This document shows positions 50,033-63,366 of a DNA stretch of 64,000 nucleotides, piece by piece. Under the pieces are notes generated by a model. The model did no database searches, was not told where the DNA came from, and saw only the letters and a program-made list of their open reading frames with translations. The stretch is from assembly GCA_964188305.1 (NCBI GenBank), contig OZ076894.1; one strand, 5' to 3'. The DNA comes from Podarcis bocagei (Eukaryota). The position numbers and the translations under genes were made by a program. Position 1 is the first letter of the stretch. Each line of letters opens with the position of its first letter.

Positions 50033-51370
50033 ATACAGTATAGATTGAGAGAGCTAACCAGTGAACTGCTCTTTTCTATTTACTACCTGATGTTCTTTTG
50101 TGTGTGTTTATTATTAAACTCAGCAGTACAGAGCTACAAACATTTCCTCACAAGCATACACTCAGACCAACTTGTTCTTTAACATGGAGTTCTCTGACAC
50201 TTGTTTCTAAAATCTAATGACTTATCTGCCACCACAAACCTATACTGGTGCTATGCCAGTTTAACCATCATAGCCTCCCTCACATAATCCTAACAACTGA
50301 AGTTTGCTTAGCGATACTTTGTCAGCTTTGGGTCAACAGCCCACACTATGAAGAGCAAATAATAATAGTAATCACCAGCCTTTCCCAACCCTAGCACCCT
50401 CCCCAACCTGCTGTTGTTGGGCTCTAGCTCTCATCAGCTTCAGCCAGTATGGCCAATACCAGGATGGAAAGGTGTAGCCAACAACATCTGGATGGGGCCA
50501 GGTTGAAGAAGGCTGAGTTGTATTGTTCCACATGTGAAGGAATGCTCCTCTACATCTAGAAAAGGCTCTCTAGGCAAAACTCCTTGCTCAAACTGTTGAG
50601 CTCTGTAGCCTAGCCTTTCGCCTGAAAGTCCCACTGCCTTCAGTGGAAATTGCTTCCAAGTAATACTAGTTTTCAATCAATGTCTGATATTATGCTAAAA
50701 TATTATGTCTTATCTTTATGTTTCTGTAAAAGAAAGTGGAACTATAAAAGAAACAAGGATGTTCAAAGGTAGAAATAAGGAATCTATTAACACTTGGGTA
50801 AGACCCCTAGGTTTTCTGGTACTTTTCATCCTTAATGTTATTCTGGATAAGAGTATTTCTGTAAAATACTAATGACTCCAATCCATTATTGTTTCCAGTT
50901 TGAAGACCACATCAAGCTCAGGGAAATGGGTGAGGCCACCTGAATTGTCAGTAATCTGAAACCGTGATTGATTTCAGCCACAGCAATGGAGCTGCTGATT
51001 AACCTGACTGTGGAGAGGATCATTTTTACCACATTTTCATCAGTGGTATAAATCTGAAGGCTGTAGATCACTTTGGATAGCCTGACAACCCTTTGCTTAA
51101 GGTAGTCGCTGAGTGAGGTCTGGATGACAGGACCTACCAATAATGAGACTGATTTATAGTTGCTTCATGCACCAGGGGGGAAATGTGTGAATGTTCTGTG
51201 AGAGCACATGGAGCACAGAAAGGAACAACAAATATTATTACCATGTAACCTTTTAAATGGCACTTAATTTATGTGTCAAAATATTTTTAGCTCAAGAGAG
51301 CCTGGTATAGAACAATCACATAATGAAATGTTCCAGGGATAATTCAACCAAACTGATTGGCAAGAGGTAT

Positions 51371-51715
51371 AAAGGTAAGGGTAAAGGGACCCCTGACAAT
51401 TAGGTCCAGTCGTGGGCGACTCTGGGGTTGTGGCGCTCATCTCACTTTATTGGCCGAGGGAGCTGGCGTACACCTTCCGGGTCATGTGGACAGTGTGACT
51501 AAGCCGCTTCTGGCGAACCAGAGCAGCGCACGTAAACACCGTTTACCTTCCCACCGATTTATCTACTTGTACTTTGACGTGCTTTTGAACTGCTAGGTTG
51601 GCAGGAGAAGGGACTGAGCAATGGGAGCTCACTGCATCACGGGGATTCGAACCGCCGACCTTCTGATCGGCAAGCCCTAGACTCTGTGGTTTAACCCACA
51701 GTGCCACCCACATCC
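51371..51715 (-). mobile_element. Sauria SINE, full length, with 12-bp TSD
   Basis: A and B boxes on - strand (GTGGCACTGTGGG; GGTTCGAATCCC). TSD GGCAAGAGGTAT at 51359-51370 and 51716-51727. Confidence 0.92.
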
Positions 51716-51869
51716 GGCAAGAGGTATGGGACACAGCAAATAAAGTATTTCTTCATGCAACACATGATAGAATTGCAGAGATGACCACTGATTCAAATTT
51801 ATTTATTTTTAAAATTAAAAAAAGCCAGGTGTCAACAATTTTATATACTCAGAAGTCCAATGAAGTTCT

Positions 51870-52095
51870 TATAGATAAGTTCATGGAGGACGAGGCCATC
51901 AGTGGCTACTAGTCATGATGACTATGCTCTTCCTCCATTGCAGAGGCAGTATGCTTTTGAATACCAGTTGCTGGAAACTGCAAGAGTGGAGAGTGCTGTT
52001 GTGCTCAATTCCTGCTTTCAGGCTTCACACAGGCATTTGGTTGGCCACTGTGCGAACTGGCCTTATTCCACAGGCTCTTTTTATGTTCTTATGTA
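51870..52095 (+). mobile_element. Old CR1-like LINE 3' end
   Basis: DKFMED-like ORF end, shared 3'UTR and TTATGTTCTTATG tail. Confidence 0.55.
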
Positions 52096-52294
52096 CAATG
52101 AGACTTATTCCCAGGTGAGTGTGCCTAGGATTGAAGCCTGGGTAAATATATGGAGAGTCCATATTCAGAGACTGAATACCTCAAGTTATGAGGTGCCTTG
52201 AAAATCAACATTCAGCAGCCACCATTGTAATACTCTGATTTGAAGTTTCACAGGGGCTGGGTGGTGGCAGTGGGGAGCAGGGGGTGTGGGGTGG

Positions 52295-52473
52295 ACTGCC
52301 GCTCCATGGCAGAGCATCTGTTTTACAGGTAGAAAGACCCAGGTGTAATCCCCAGCATCTCCAGGAGAGACCTCTGTCTAAAATTCTGGAGAGCTTCTTC
52401 CTGTCAGCATAGTCAATACTAAGTTGGTGGACCAGTAGTCTGACTTGGTAAAAGGCAGCATCCTGTGTTCCTC
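52295..52473 (+). mobile_element. tRNA-derived SINE (Squam3-like), degraded
   Basis: TGGCAGAGCATCTG head. Body is the reverse complement of 18600-18748 and 56685-56860. Confidence 0.55.
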
Positions 52474-52615
52474 TAGGCATCTGATTGGGCACTGCTTCAG
52501 GAGGTGCAGCTTTGATATGATCCAACAAGGCATTTATTATAATCTTGCCCAGCAGAAAATGCAGTGATGAAAGCGATATTGCAGAAAGCTGCACTGACAG
52601 AAGAACTGTGTGTGT

Positions 52616-52617
<2 letters not shown>

Positions 52618-52665
<48 letters not shown>
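52618..52665. repeat. (CA)n microsatellite
   Basis: Seen directly. Confidence 0.95.
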
Positions 52666-52667
<2 letters not shown>

Positions 52668-53118
52668 TTTGGAAGTACTGTTATCTATCCAAAGCTTTTG
52701 GGATGGGAATCTAAACCAGAAAAGAAAAAAAGATGGTACCTCTCAACTTCAGCCTATTTTATTTTGTCCTTTTTGCTACGTTCTAAACAAAGTTTTTACT
52801 AACTTTGAAAAAGCTCTGCAAGCAATTGTTTTGTGGGTTCCCTCCCCCCTTTTTAGAAAGCTTCCATAGATATGAAAACAAAATCAATAGATATGGATCA
52901 GCACTGGTGAGGACCCCAACAATATCAGATCAAAGAGCACACATCTTGTAGCTGAATATATTCTAGTAAAGAAATAGATCTTGATTTCCAGTTTCTACAA
53001 AGATACAAAAAAAATCAATATGAAAATACACACTTAGGTTAACTTTTTTATTCATGCCAGTTAGGAGCTGACGTGTTGTCCTGCATATCTGAGGAGGTGT
53101 GAGATTCAGGTGGTGTGT

Positions 53119-53151
<33 letters not shown>

Positions 53152-56100
53152 CTAAGCAAGTGCCTTAAAACTTTGTGCATGAGATGGAGGTGGTGACAAG
53201 TGAGTTCTGACTCTTAGTGCCTCACTAGAAGGGAAAGGTTACACATTTCAGTCATGAGACTGTAAGTTTTTCCTCTAAGGGCCAAACTAGATGTTACACT
53301 TAATGTGCAGCCATCTCGCCTGCTTTGTTGTTGTTCATTAATTATAGTTATAAGGAGAGGATTGTTATCAGAATCATAGTACATGTGAAGGAAATGGCTA
53401 TTTCAATCCCAAAAACAATTACCGCCTCACCTCAGATCTGTAAATAATAAAAGTAATTAATGAAAGAAAGAGACATCACTACAGGCTACATATTAAATAT
53501 GAATTATAGTTTCTCCCAAAGATGCTGGAAAGAAGATGCACAACTTACTATTCCTGCATTTGTTCCATGTCACATGCAAAACCCAGGCAGGGCTAGTCAA
53601 TTAAACCTGTTAAATCTCAAATCACAAATACTGTTCAGCATCCAGAGTCAGGGTAAAGGATTTGCTTATGCTCTGAATATTTCAATCACACAGTCCAGAT
53701 GTGTCAGGTGTCTAGAGAGATGTCAGTGAAGGGATGCCAGGCATCCAGAAAGGTCTAAGAAGCCCTTTTGAGAGATACATGACTTCCTTTATATATGTTT
53801 ATATTTTATTTTTGGAACACATAACTACAAAACAACAAATGAATTTCTCACCCTCCCCAAGAACTGCACAACAAACGAAATTATGGAATACTATTCTAAT
53901 GCCATTCATTTTCAGGGGATAAGATCTTGCCTTAATACTCTGTGCGTATTTGGTTCTGAATGCAGTAAATCAGTGTTGTTAATACAAGCAATGATGCAAA
54001 ACCAGTCTTCACTAAAAGTGTTTGTTTGGTGTTTTTTTACCTCATCTGGACCTTCAGATTTCTCCATAAGAGCAATAGGCTGCAATCTCTCATTCCACTC
54101 TTCTACCATACATGCTCCAAATCCCTTCCAGTTTTTAGGCATGGTCTGATGGGTCACTGTCATGCATATGAAAAATACATACAACTTCTATATTGCGGGA
54201 GCATACATTCACTTTGACAGTGTTAGATACAACTCAAAGAAGGAGTCTGTTGAAGGAAAGAGTCCTTTATATAGAACCTGACTAGACTGGAGTCACAATT
54301 TTATCTGCAAACATAAGGCTAGCATTTTGCAAAGCTCACCAAGAATACATACGACCATTAATTTTGTCCTTGATGGCATCTTAGGAACAACAAGGTTCAC
54401 ACTCCAAGCTTATTTCAGAGCTTAACCACTGTTAAACACACTACAAAATGTTTTTGAACTCACATTACAAATTTATTTTCAGCAGCAAAGCCACTGGCAC
54501 TAACAAATTACTATATATGCTCCTCATTACAGCTTAAAATTGAAGGCTCCCACAGTGTCAGAGCTGATCAAACCTCTCCAAAAGCCTTTTTATTCCTTGC
54601 GACAAGTACCACAGGCTAACTCAGAGCAGTGCTCTTTTTGTTTGTGACTCCTCCTAGTTCACAGGGAAAACCAAAATCTCCATCCTAGTCACTTTGATTT
54701 ATTTTATTTTATTTTTCAAAGAACTTTTAATCTTATTTTTAACCTGGATATCCTTGTATGCCCTTCAGAATAAACAAAGACCTCACTTTTTCATTCTGCA
54801 ATGATATTCATAGCTTGGGCAGCAGAAAGTCAACTTACATTAGTATATAACACCAATAACGTAAGGATGCACTTCTGTCACATAGATGATGTTTTGTTTT
54901 TGATGCCACTGGCCTCAGATTTCAATTACGTTTGGTTCAGAGCTCTTCTTTTCTCCCCTTGAAGACATCTGGACCAACCATAACATCCAAGTCCAAATGC
55001 TCAAGAACTGTTGGAATAGGTGATTGCTAAATTTAGACCTATATTTTGAGGGAATGTTTTGTATTGTCCAGGACTGGCACCAAGAACTGGCACAGTGAGA
55101 CATCTGTCAAAAGCCCAGAAGGATGCCCACTGATAAGAGCTCCTGGACACATTCTTCTTCACCACTGCAAGCAGCTTGCTTGTTTGTCTGCCTCTCACGC
55201 TGGCCCAATAAACAGTGGTGGTTAGAAGAAAGAGGAGGAGATGCCACTGCCTATTTGCTCATTGGCTCTCTGTCTGGAAAGCAAACAGGGAGGAACAATG
55301 ATGATCAAATGTGAAATGGAGCAACAGCAGCTGCTCACAATGACAGCAAGAAGATAGACTCACTGGGGGAGCTTTCTGAGGCTGATGGGAGTTGTAGTTC
55401 CTAAACATCTAGAGGACCAAAGGTTCCTCACACCTGCCACAGATGGTGTCTTGTCCAAGAGTTCACCAACACCTGAAGCCAAACCTGATATTGTCAACAA
55501 TTGTGTCATAGAGTATAACAAAAATGACCTGAAAACAGAGACACAACCATGAATGGTGTAAACAGAGAACACTCTTCATATTATGTTCTCTGCAAATTTC
55601 CAAAGACGAGTATGGTTAAAATATGACAAGGAGCCGGAAAAAAAGGTAACTTAATACTTTACAATGGAGTCGGGAACAAGAAGCACAAGTCAGTGGTGCT
55701 TCCTTTTACTGTACCTCCAGTGTGATGTACAAAAAGAAACTTGCAAGTGGAGGACATGAGAGGTGTTCTCACATCTTGTAATTATGCATCTCACCCTGTC
55801 AGGTTCTTTTTAAGACCTTACACCTCAAATGAGGGCAGAGGAAGTGCAGATCACTTTCTTCATTTAAACGTGTCAAGCTAGTTGAAGAATATCACAGAAA
55901 CCCCTCACCAGCAGTGGTGTGGTGCTGAACACTGAACACAAGCAGCTAATCAGAAGTAGATTCATTATTACACACACACAAAAGAGAAGCAATATGCAAC
56001 ATTATATCCACCTTATTAGGATTAGTATGGCTGCAATCCTATGCATAATTTCTTGGGAGTAAGCACCATGGAATTTAGTGGTGCTTACTGCATTGAGCTT

Positions 56101-56394
56101 TAAGAAATTATCTTCAGCCAACTGAAAAGCAAACTTTAGACTTTAATTAGCAATGCAAATCATCTTGCAAAGAGGTGTTAATGTTAGCATGAAGTAGAAC
56201 CCCACCAAAAGAGAAAGAAGTATCCAGTCTCTGCTCCCACCCTCGTTCTCTGACTTATGTGTAAATATGTCACAAAGCCTCATCATGACCTCATTCATTT
56301 GCCAGAAAGAAGATACATCAATTATCCTGGTGCCCAGAGCCATGTTCCCATGTTGTATCTCCACTTACTTGTAGGCTTCCTGTTGGCATCTGGT

Positions 56395-56562
56395 CAGTGG
56401 CGTAGCGTGGGGGGTGCAGGGGGGCTGGCCGCACCGGGCGCAACATCTGGGGGTTAGGGTTAGGGGGCGCAAATCCACGGGTTAGGGGGCGCAAATCCAC
56501 GGGTTAGGGGGTGCAAATTACTTGCCTTGCCCAGGGTGCTGACAACCCACGCTACGCCACTG
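56395..56562. mobile_element. hAT MITE with perfect 17-bp TIRs, nested in a CR1-like remnant
   Basis: CAGTGGCGTAGCGTGGG/CCCACGCTACGCCACTG. 8-bp TSD CATCTGGT (56387-56394, 56563-56570). Confidence 0.93.
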
Positions 56563-56684
56563 CATCTGGTTGGCCACCATAAGAACAGGATTCTGTAATA
56601 GATGAACTACTGGCTTAATCCAGCAGATTCTTCTTATGTTCTCCCCTGTATCCCCACTAGTCAAATAAGGATGAAAATGAGGTA

Positions 56685-56860
56685 CAGCCTTATACTGAGT
56701 CAGACCATATGCACATCTAGCTCAGCATTGTCTATACTGACTCTCAGTAGCTTTCTAGAATTTCAGACTGGGATCTCTCCCAGCCTTTCCTTGGATATTT
56801 AGGACCCAGGAACTTCTATGTGGAAAGTAGATGCTATACAACAGAGCTACAACCTTCCCC
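56685..56860 (-). mobile_element. tRNA-derived SINE (Squam3-like), degraded
   Basis: Similar to 18600-18748. Confidence 0.5.
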
Positions 56861-57061
56861 CCAACACAACAAAATGTATTTCAATATGCCTTTAGCTCTT
56901 TTATATCATGTCAATCTGTTCCCAGTTAGAAGAAAACAATGAACAGGTGAATAAGGAGGTATATTCTTGGACAAGGTCTCTGACCCCTTAAATCTCTCTG
57001 GCACAGGGGTTGCCCAAACCGTTCCTACAGCTACTCTTATCCAAACAGAAATGTTACCAAA

Positions 57062-57064
<3 letters not shown>

Positions 57065-57152
<88 letters not shown>
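57065..57152. repeat. Compound (GT)n(GA)n microsatellite
   Basis: Seen directly. Confidence 0.95.
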
Positions 57153-57155
<3 letters not shown>

Positions 57156-58850
57156 GTACTATACTGACATTGTTCTAAAACTTAGAAAGTTCCTGCAGTA
57201 GAATTAACATATTCATACCTCACTAATGGGCTGGGCTGTGATTTCACAAGAACAGGTAGGAATCTGCCATCTTTTCCACAGGCATCAAACCTTTTGTCAA
57301 ATAAACCCTAGAGAAGGAGGGACTTGACTTCTGGGGTGCTGGCTTAATCAGCTTTGTAGGGACTGAATCTGTTTAGGATGCTGATTTAGGATCAGACAAT
57401 GTGAACAAGACTCCCATAGCCATCAAAAGTACTTCCTACGAAGCCTGATTTCACTGAAGATGCTAACAAGTTTCTTCAACTGTAGTTCCTTATAAGAGGG
57501 TGGAGGGGAAAGAGATTAGACTTTCAGGGTTTATCACATCAAAGAGATGGGGAGTCATTAAGAAAAAGGAAGATTAATGTTTTGCCAAGGGATGGTCATT
57601 TGCATCTGACATGCAACTCCATCAAATTATTTCCATCAAATTATTTCCAGACTATAGGAAAAGATAATTACTTTGCGATCCACAGAGTTCTTGAAGTGGG
57701 GTGGGGTGGAGCGGAATACTATTCTATCTCCTTTCTGGTGGACTTAGCATCATTCCACCTTATCAATGGATTTAATTCCATTTGAATGATCCATGCCACT
57801 TCCTTTCCCCTCCCACATTAGCACTGGTTCCGTGTTTCCTAGTGCTTGTCTTTGAGCAGGCGTTTTTACAAAACTGAAGGCTCCAGATGTGGTTTGTCAG
57901 CTTCTCCTTATGGATGCAGGTTTACAGATGACAATTTTTACTAAAAGATGAAGAAAGGGCTTTTCCTTCAAAAAGAAAAGAAACCGCAATCAGTTGCATG
58001 CAGTCCGCTTTACTTCAGCTGATGAAAACTAGAAGAGACATTTCCTGGAGCAGCATCTAATTCCCAGGACAAAACATAAATGTTCCTTGCAAAATTGATA
58101 GACTGGCAGATATGGGTCAAAGTAGTTTTCGGTAATGCAGCGAGGGGTCATTAGCTGTTAGACTTTCTCCATAGATTTGCATTATTTTTATCGTTCGACT
58201 TACAGACTCTTTAGGAAGCAAACAAGCATCCCAAAATGACAGTGTTTGTTCCTTTAGAAGTCTGAAAGATTTCTTCCTAGTTTGCTCCAAATGCATAAAG
58301 CTATTACATGCATAATGTTTAGGCTCATAAGCATGAACTGTATAAATATGTAAATCAGGTTAGTGGTTTTATACACAACATTATTTTCTCAGCGATGGAG
58401 GGGGGAAAGCTGTGCAAAAGTTACTCAACAGTCTTATCTGGTACAGACGGTTTTGGGTTTCCTTAAAGGCAAGCCCATGAGGCTCAGTGAGGCAGTCATC
58501 TTAGGTGACAGGCTGGGAACAGCTGGGAGACACAGCAGATCTGGGCCCCCAAGGAACATGCCACTCATGACTTCATCCTCATCTGCCCTTCCCCACCACT
58601 GCTTGCTCCTCTCTGGTCTTCCCACCCCACAATAACTTTCAGCATGCAGGGGCTTCCCTGAGCCAACTCCAGTTGCCTCAGGCGGTAGAGACAGCGGAGG
58701 CAGTGGAAGGTGGGGTAGAGGCGGCAGAGACAGGGGTCTGCTGTTTTCTGATTTGCTCTGTGGACAGCTCTGAATCTGCAGCTATAGGACTGAGACCAGA
58801 TACACATACAAAAAAACCCACCTCAATGTGTATGTGTTATGGAAGCCCCA

Positions 58851-59160
58851 GATATCAAGGGCGTGGAAATACAAGGTAAAACCTACAAACTAAGGCTCTT
58901 CGCAGACGACCTGATGGTCATGAAACCAGACCCCATAAACACAGCAAGCACCCTAACTAAAGAACTCAACACATTCATAATGGTGCCGTGCTGACAAGTA
59001 AACTTTGCAAAATCTGAGGCTATGGGCTTCAACAACCCCCTCATATCTAAAAGGAATTCACCAACATCAGAAAGATAAAGCTCTGCTGCACCACATTCAG
59101 GTACCTAGAGGTACAAGTAACCAGAAACCTCAATAAACTATATCTCCACAATTACATGCC
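58851..59160 (+). mobile_element. L1/Tx1-like LINE RT internal fragment, degraded
   Basis: DIKGVEIQGKTYKLRLFADDLMV...VNFAKSEAM...FRYLEVQVTRNLNKLYLHNY, with a stop and a frameshift. Confidence 0.8.
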
Positions 59161-59972
59161 CCAAGAATTTTGGGGGATTTAATTTGTTAAAGGTGCTGAG
59201 AGTTGTTATTTTAAAAAGGTTGGTGACAGATTAATGCAGAAATGGGGCAGAAGGAACTTATAATATGAATGAGCGTGTGTGAAATTGAGACAGACAAGGC
59301 AGACTCATCCACCTGGCAACTCTAGCAGTACAGGGGATGCTCTTTGAAAATCTAAGCTCAAGGCTCCCTTAGGTATACATAACACTCTGCATCCTTTAGT
59401 GCCTGATCCTAATTTTCAAGAATTCACAACCATTTTTCCAGAGGCATTCTGAACAGAGAGCTTTAGAAGTATCCTTTGTAGAATTCTAAGTATGTGGCAT
59501 TAAACAAGCTTTTGAGAAGATGACCCTGTGCCTTCTGAAAATAAAAATTGTAGGTGGAAAGTCAATGAAATCATAAAACTTCAAGAATACTGCATGTCGC
59601 GAGAGAAGAGAGCTACGTATTGATTGCTTAATCAATAAGAAATCATTAAAACATTATTTTCTGAAATCTGCTTCCTGGAGGGCTTCTTTCCTGCCGTGAA
59701 GTATAGTGCCTTATAGTGAGGACTTGCAACAACAAAAAAGGAGTATTAAAAGGATTCAGAAGAAAGCCAAATAAATCTACATTCCAAACTTTAAAAATAA
59801 ATAAATCATGCCCTGGGTGTATTTCCCTGATTGGCAACTAATTTTCCACGGAGTGACATCTGCAGGGGCAGCAACATTGCCTTTGTCCATTAACTCACTT
59901 GCCCTTAAGCCAAGACAAGGGCAAATGGGTTCTTTAACCCTCTGCTTTCCAGAATGAACAATAACAGAAGCT

Positions 59973-59973
<1 letters not shown>

Positions 59974-60026
<53 letters not shown>
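59974..60026. repeat. (AAT)n microsatellite
   Basis: Seen directly. Confidence 0.95.
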
Positions 60027-60192
60027 TGCTTAGAACTGGCTATGGCCATCTCTAGAAAAAACAGCAGCAGTGCTCCACCTCAAATATAGATAGGGACACA
60101 GGCACAGTGAGAAGCAGGAAGGCCAACTTGAATAAAATATTGGGGGCAGATAAACACTGTCCCATATAATCAATCACATAATGAGGCACACA

Positions 60193-61051
60193 TAGTGAGG
60201 TGAGGTGAGAATATTCTCGGGAATGAGAAAATTCTAGAGAAAATTATCTGCTAAAAATTCTCCAGAGAATATTCTCCACAAACTGTAAATGTAAGAATCA
60301 GTTTTACAACCCTCATTTTTTAAAAAATCTAGTAAATAAAAAGCCAAACTGCGATATTGTCAGTGTAAGTAATGAATAATGATTTTTTTAACCCAGTTAC
60401 ATTACTGGGCATTGTGTCATTCACCATTGGCAGTTCTGAAATATGAGCTACAGAAAACATTTTTTAAAAAGGTATTCATTTTGCTATTCAAGATATTTTG
60501 GCAGAGCTGGCAGCATATTGCGCTAAGGAAGATTTTTTAAGCAAGTCATATGTATTGAAGTTGGTTGAAAAGTGGATGCAGTGGTTTGGTGGAAGGGAAC
60601 ATGCTTTGGTTCAAAGCTTAGCAGAGTGGCTGTGGACATTTTAAATATGCCACCAATGACAGCTGCATGTAGCGGACCTGTTTTTTTAAAAAAATATTCA
60701 TTTACTTTAAAAGCTACATTTCATACATACACAACATATTTAGAATTTGAGGTTGATGGTAAATATATGGTTAGTGGCAGGCTTAGTGATTAATGTGAGT
60801 CATTCACGCTGAATTTTCAATTTCAAGTGTGGTGCAAAAAAAAATCAAAGAATGTGAATTCACTGCATTGCCCCTCTGAATAAGAGTATCTGTTCAGTTT
60901 TTGGTTGCCATCTGAACAAGTTTACCCATGAATAAACATGTATATTAACTAATTATATCTTTTTCAATGCATTAAAATGAATATTCTCCTATTTTAAATG
61001 AAAATTCTCTAATATTCTCATTAATCGAAAATATTCTCGAGAATATCACTA
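60193..61051 (+). mobile_element. Internally deleted hAT transposon retaining part of the C-terminal dimerisation domain
   Basis: Ends TAGTGA.../...TCACTA. 8-bp TSD GGCACACA (60185-60192, 61052-61059). Repeated GAGAATATTCTC-like subterminal motifs. ORF 60572 reads VWWKG...LSRVAVDILNMPPMTAAC. Confidence 0.85.
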
Positions 61052-61175
61052 GGCACACACACCATTTGAATGGCAATGCTCACCAACTATTTTGGGGGGT
61101 GGCCCCCTCAAATATTTTATATGGGGGCTGAAGGAACCTTGAGTCATCTGGTTAAACCCCCTGCAAGGCAGGAAT

Positions 61176-61283
61176 TGCAAGGCAGGAGTGCCTGGCGTGC
61201 TCTGGTCCAAGGCAGGAGTGCCTGGCGTGCTCTGGTCCATGGGGTCACGAAGAGTCGGACACGACTAAACGACTGAACAACAA
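61176..61283 (+). mobile_element. RTE/Bov-B-type 3' tail fragment
   Basis: GCCTGGCGTGCTCTGGTCCATGGGGTCACGAAGAGTCGGACACGACT...(CAA)n, flanked by GCAGGAAT on both sides. Confidence 0.8.
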
Positions 61284-61289
61284 TGCAGG

Positions 61290-61485
61290 AATGTCAGCTA
61301 GATCATACAAGACCCAACCTCTGCATTAAAATGAATGAGAGTCCATTTCTCAAGGGAGTCTGTTCCACTGTTGAACAGATTTTACTGCCAGAAAGTTCTT
61401 CCTGATGTTTAATCAGAATCTCATTTCTTGTACCTTGAATCCATTGGTTTGGGTCTTAGCCTCCAGAGAAGGAGAAAACAAGGAA
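61290..61485 (-). mobile_element. CR1-like LINE 3' fragment
   Basis: Minus strand reads TQTNGFKVQEMRF*LNIRKNFLAV, matching the CR1 ORF2 C-terminal motif. Confidence 0.7.
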
Positions 61486-62296
61486 CCATTAATGAGCACT
61501 CTTTGGCTTCGGCCAGTCAACCAGCCACAAATCCACCTAACAATGAAATTGCCAGAGCAAAGAAACTTGTCCTTTGGAAAATAACATGTTACCAGACCAT
61601 CAGTGCTACATACTCTCAAAAGGAAATAAAAAGCACTAGTCTAGCATTCTGTTTTCACAGTTACTGCTCAGATGCCTGTGGGGAAACCCACATGCAGGAT
61701 GTGAGCAAAATAGCACTCTGCCCTCCTGTGGTTTCCAGCCACTGATATTCAGAAACATGCTGCAGGCGCAGAACATAGTAATCTTGGCTAGTAGCCACTG
61801 ATAGCCTTCTCTGTTAATTTGTCCAAGCCTCTTTTAAAGCCCTCCAATATGAAAAATTACAGAACCATTCCGAACAATATGTATAGACCTCATTTTCATT
61901 AAAAACAACAGCAGCAAAGCAGTTTACAAGGGTTATAATACCCTAATATGATTGTCCCATTATGAAAACCAACTTTTCTTATCTAAGGCAAATTTTGTCC
62001 ATTGCGAGAAGCTGCCCTTGCAGTAGGCTCATTCAACTCGAATGGAGTGCTATTTGTATCTGCCACCCTACTGATATTTTCAAATGGGGTGTGTGTGTCA
62101 TGTGCAGACACTCTTGATGGCAGAATGGGGAGAAAGGGACAGGGATGAAGTGTGTCCCTACAGATGGCAGGCACCCTGAAATACAGTGGAAAATCTGCTT
62201 GGGAGAACACAACCTCCAGACCCACCAGGAGTTGAACGTCCCTGTTGCCAAGCGATGTGGACTGCCAAGACCAGTTTCCATTCATGAACTCTCATC

Positions 62297-62297
<1 letters not shown>

Positions 62298-62347
<50 letters not shown>

Positions 62348-62902
62348 ATTTTTATTTATACCCTGCCCTCCCTGGCTAGGGCCGGGCTCAGGGCAGCTAA
62401 CACCAACTATGAATTACAATAAAACATGATAGAAACATACAAAAACAAACAAACAATTCAAATACGGCTTAAAATACAGATTAAAATGCAGCCTCATTTT
62501 AGTAGCAGCCCATAAATCAAGACCATAAGAGGAGGAAACTTCAGATATTCACCCGAGCCAACTATCCATTCTAGTGCTACATGGGCCAGCAAAAAAGCCA
62601 AGGGAAAATTTATATACCAAATCCCATATAAGGGGTCAGAGTGAGTCTAAGCCAAAGCCCAGGCGGAACAGCTCCGTCCTGCAGGCCCTGCGGAAAGATG
62701 TCAAATCCTGCAGGGCCCTAGTCTCTTGTGACAGAGCGTTCCACCACGTCGGGGCCAGTGCTGAAAAGGCCCTGGCCCTAGTTAAAACCAGTCTAACCTT
62801 CTTGAGGCTTGGAACCTCCAAAGTGTTGTTATTTATAGACCTTAAGGTCCTCCATGGGGCATACCAGGAGAGGCGTTCCCGCAGGTATGAGGGTCCTAGG
62901 CC
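62298..62902 (-). mobile_element. L2-clade LINE 3' fragment with (ATT)n tail
   Basis: GLGPSYLRERLSWYAPWRTLRS...RAFSALAPTWWNALSQETRAL. (AAT)n at 62298-62345. Confidence 0.88.
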
Positions 62903-63158
62903 ACCAAGCCTAGCAGTCAAACTAGCAGTCAGCCACTTGCTTCCTTTTAGCCTGGGGTCTAAAATCTAGCCATTAGGCACAGAAAATCTAGCAATTAGGC
63001 AGGGATTCTCCAAGCTGAATTTCTATCCCCCTAGCAACTCTATAAGCTGAGGCACACTGGCTCCTGACAATTTCAAGGGGGAATTTGCATCAGAGAAGAT
63101 GTGCCCTGTAGTATGCCTCCTCTAAGCTTAATTTCCCATTAGCACAGGGAACCAGATA

Positions 63159-63366
63159 CACTGGTCCCTCCGGGTGCAGATGGGATCCATTCCGGAGGTC
63201 CGGTTGGGTCCCAAGGTTTCCGCAACCTGAGTACCACTTCTGTGCATGCGCAGACCGCTTCTGCACATGTACGTGGGGCGAATCCCGGTAAAATACTTCC
63301 GGGTTTGCCCTGCGTACATCCTGAAGTTTACGTAACCAGAGAGTTACGTAAACAGAGGTATGACTG
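63159..63366. mobile_element. Tc1/mariner-type MITE, diverged
   Basis: TA-CACTGGTCCCTC...GAGGTATGACTG-TA, imperfect TIRs. Confidence 0.65.
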
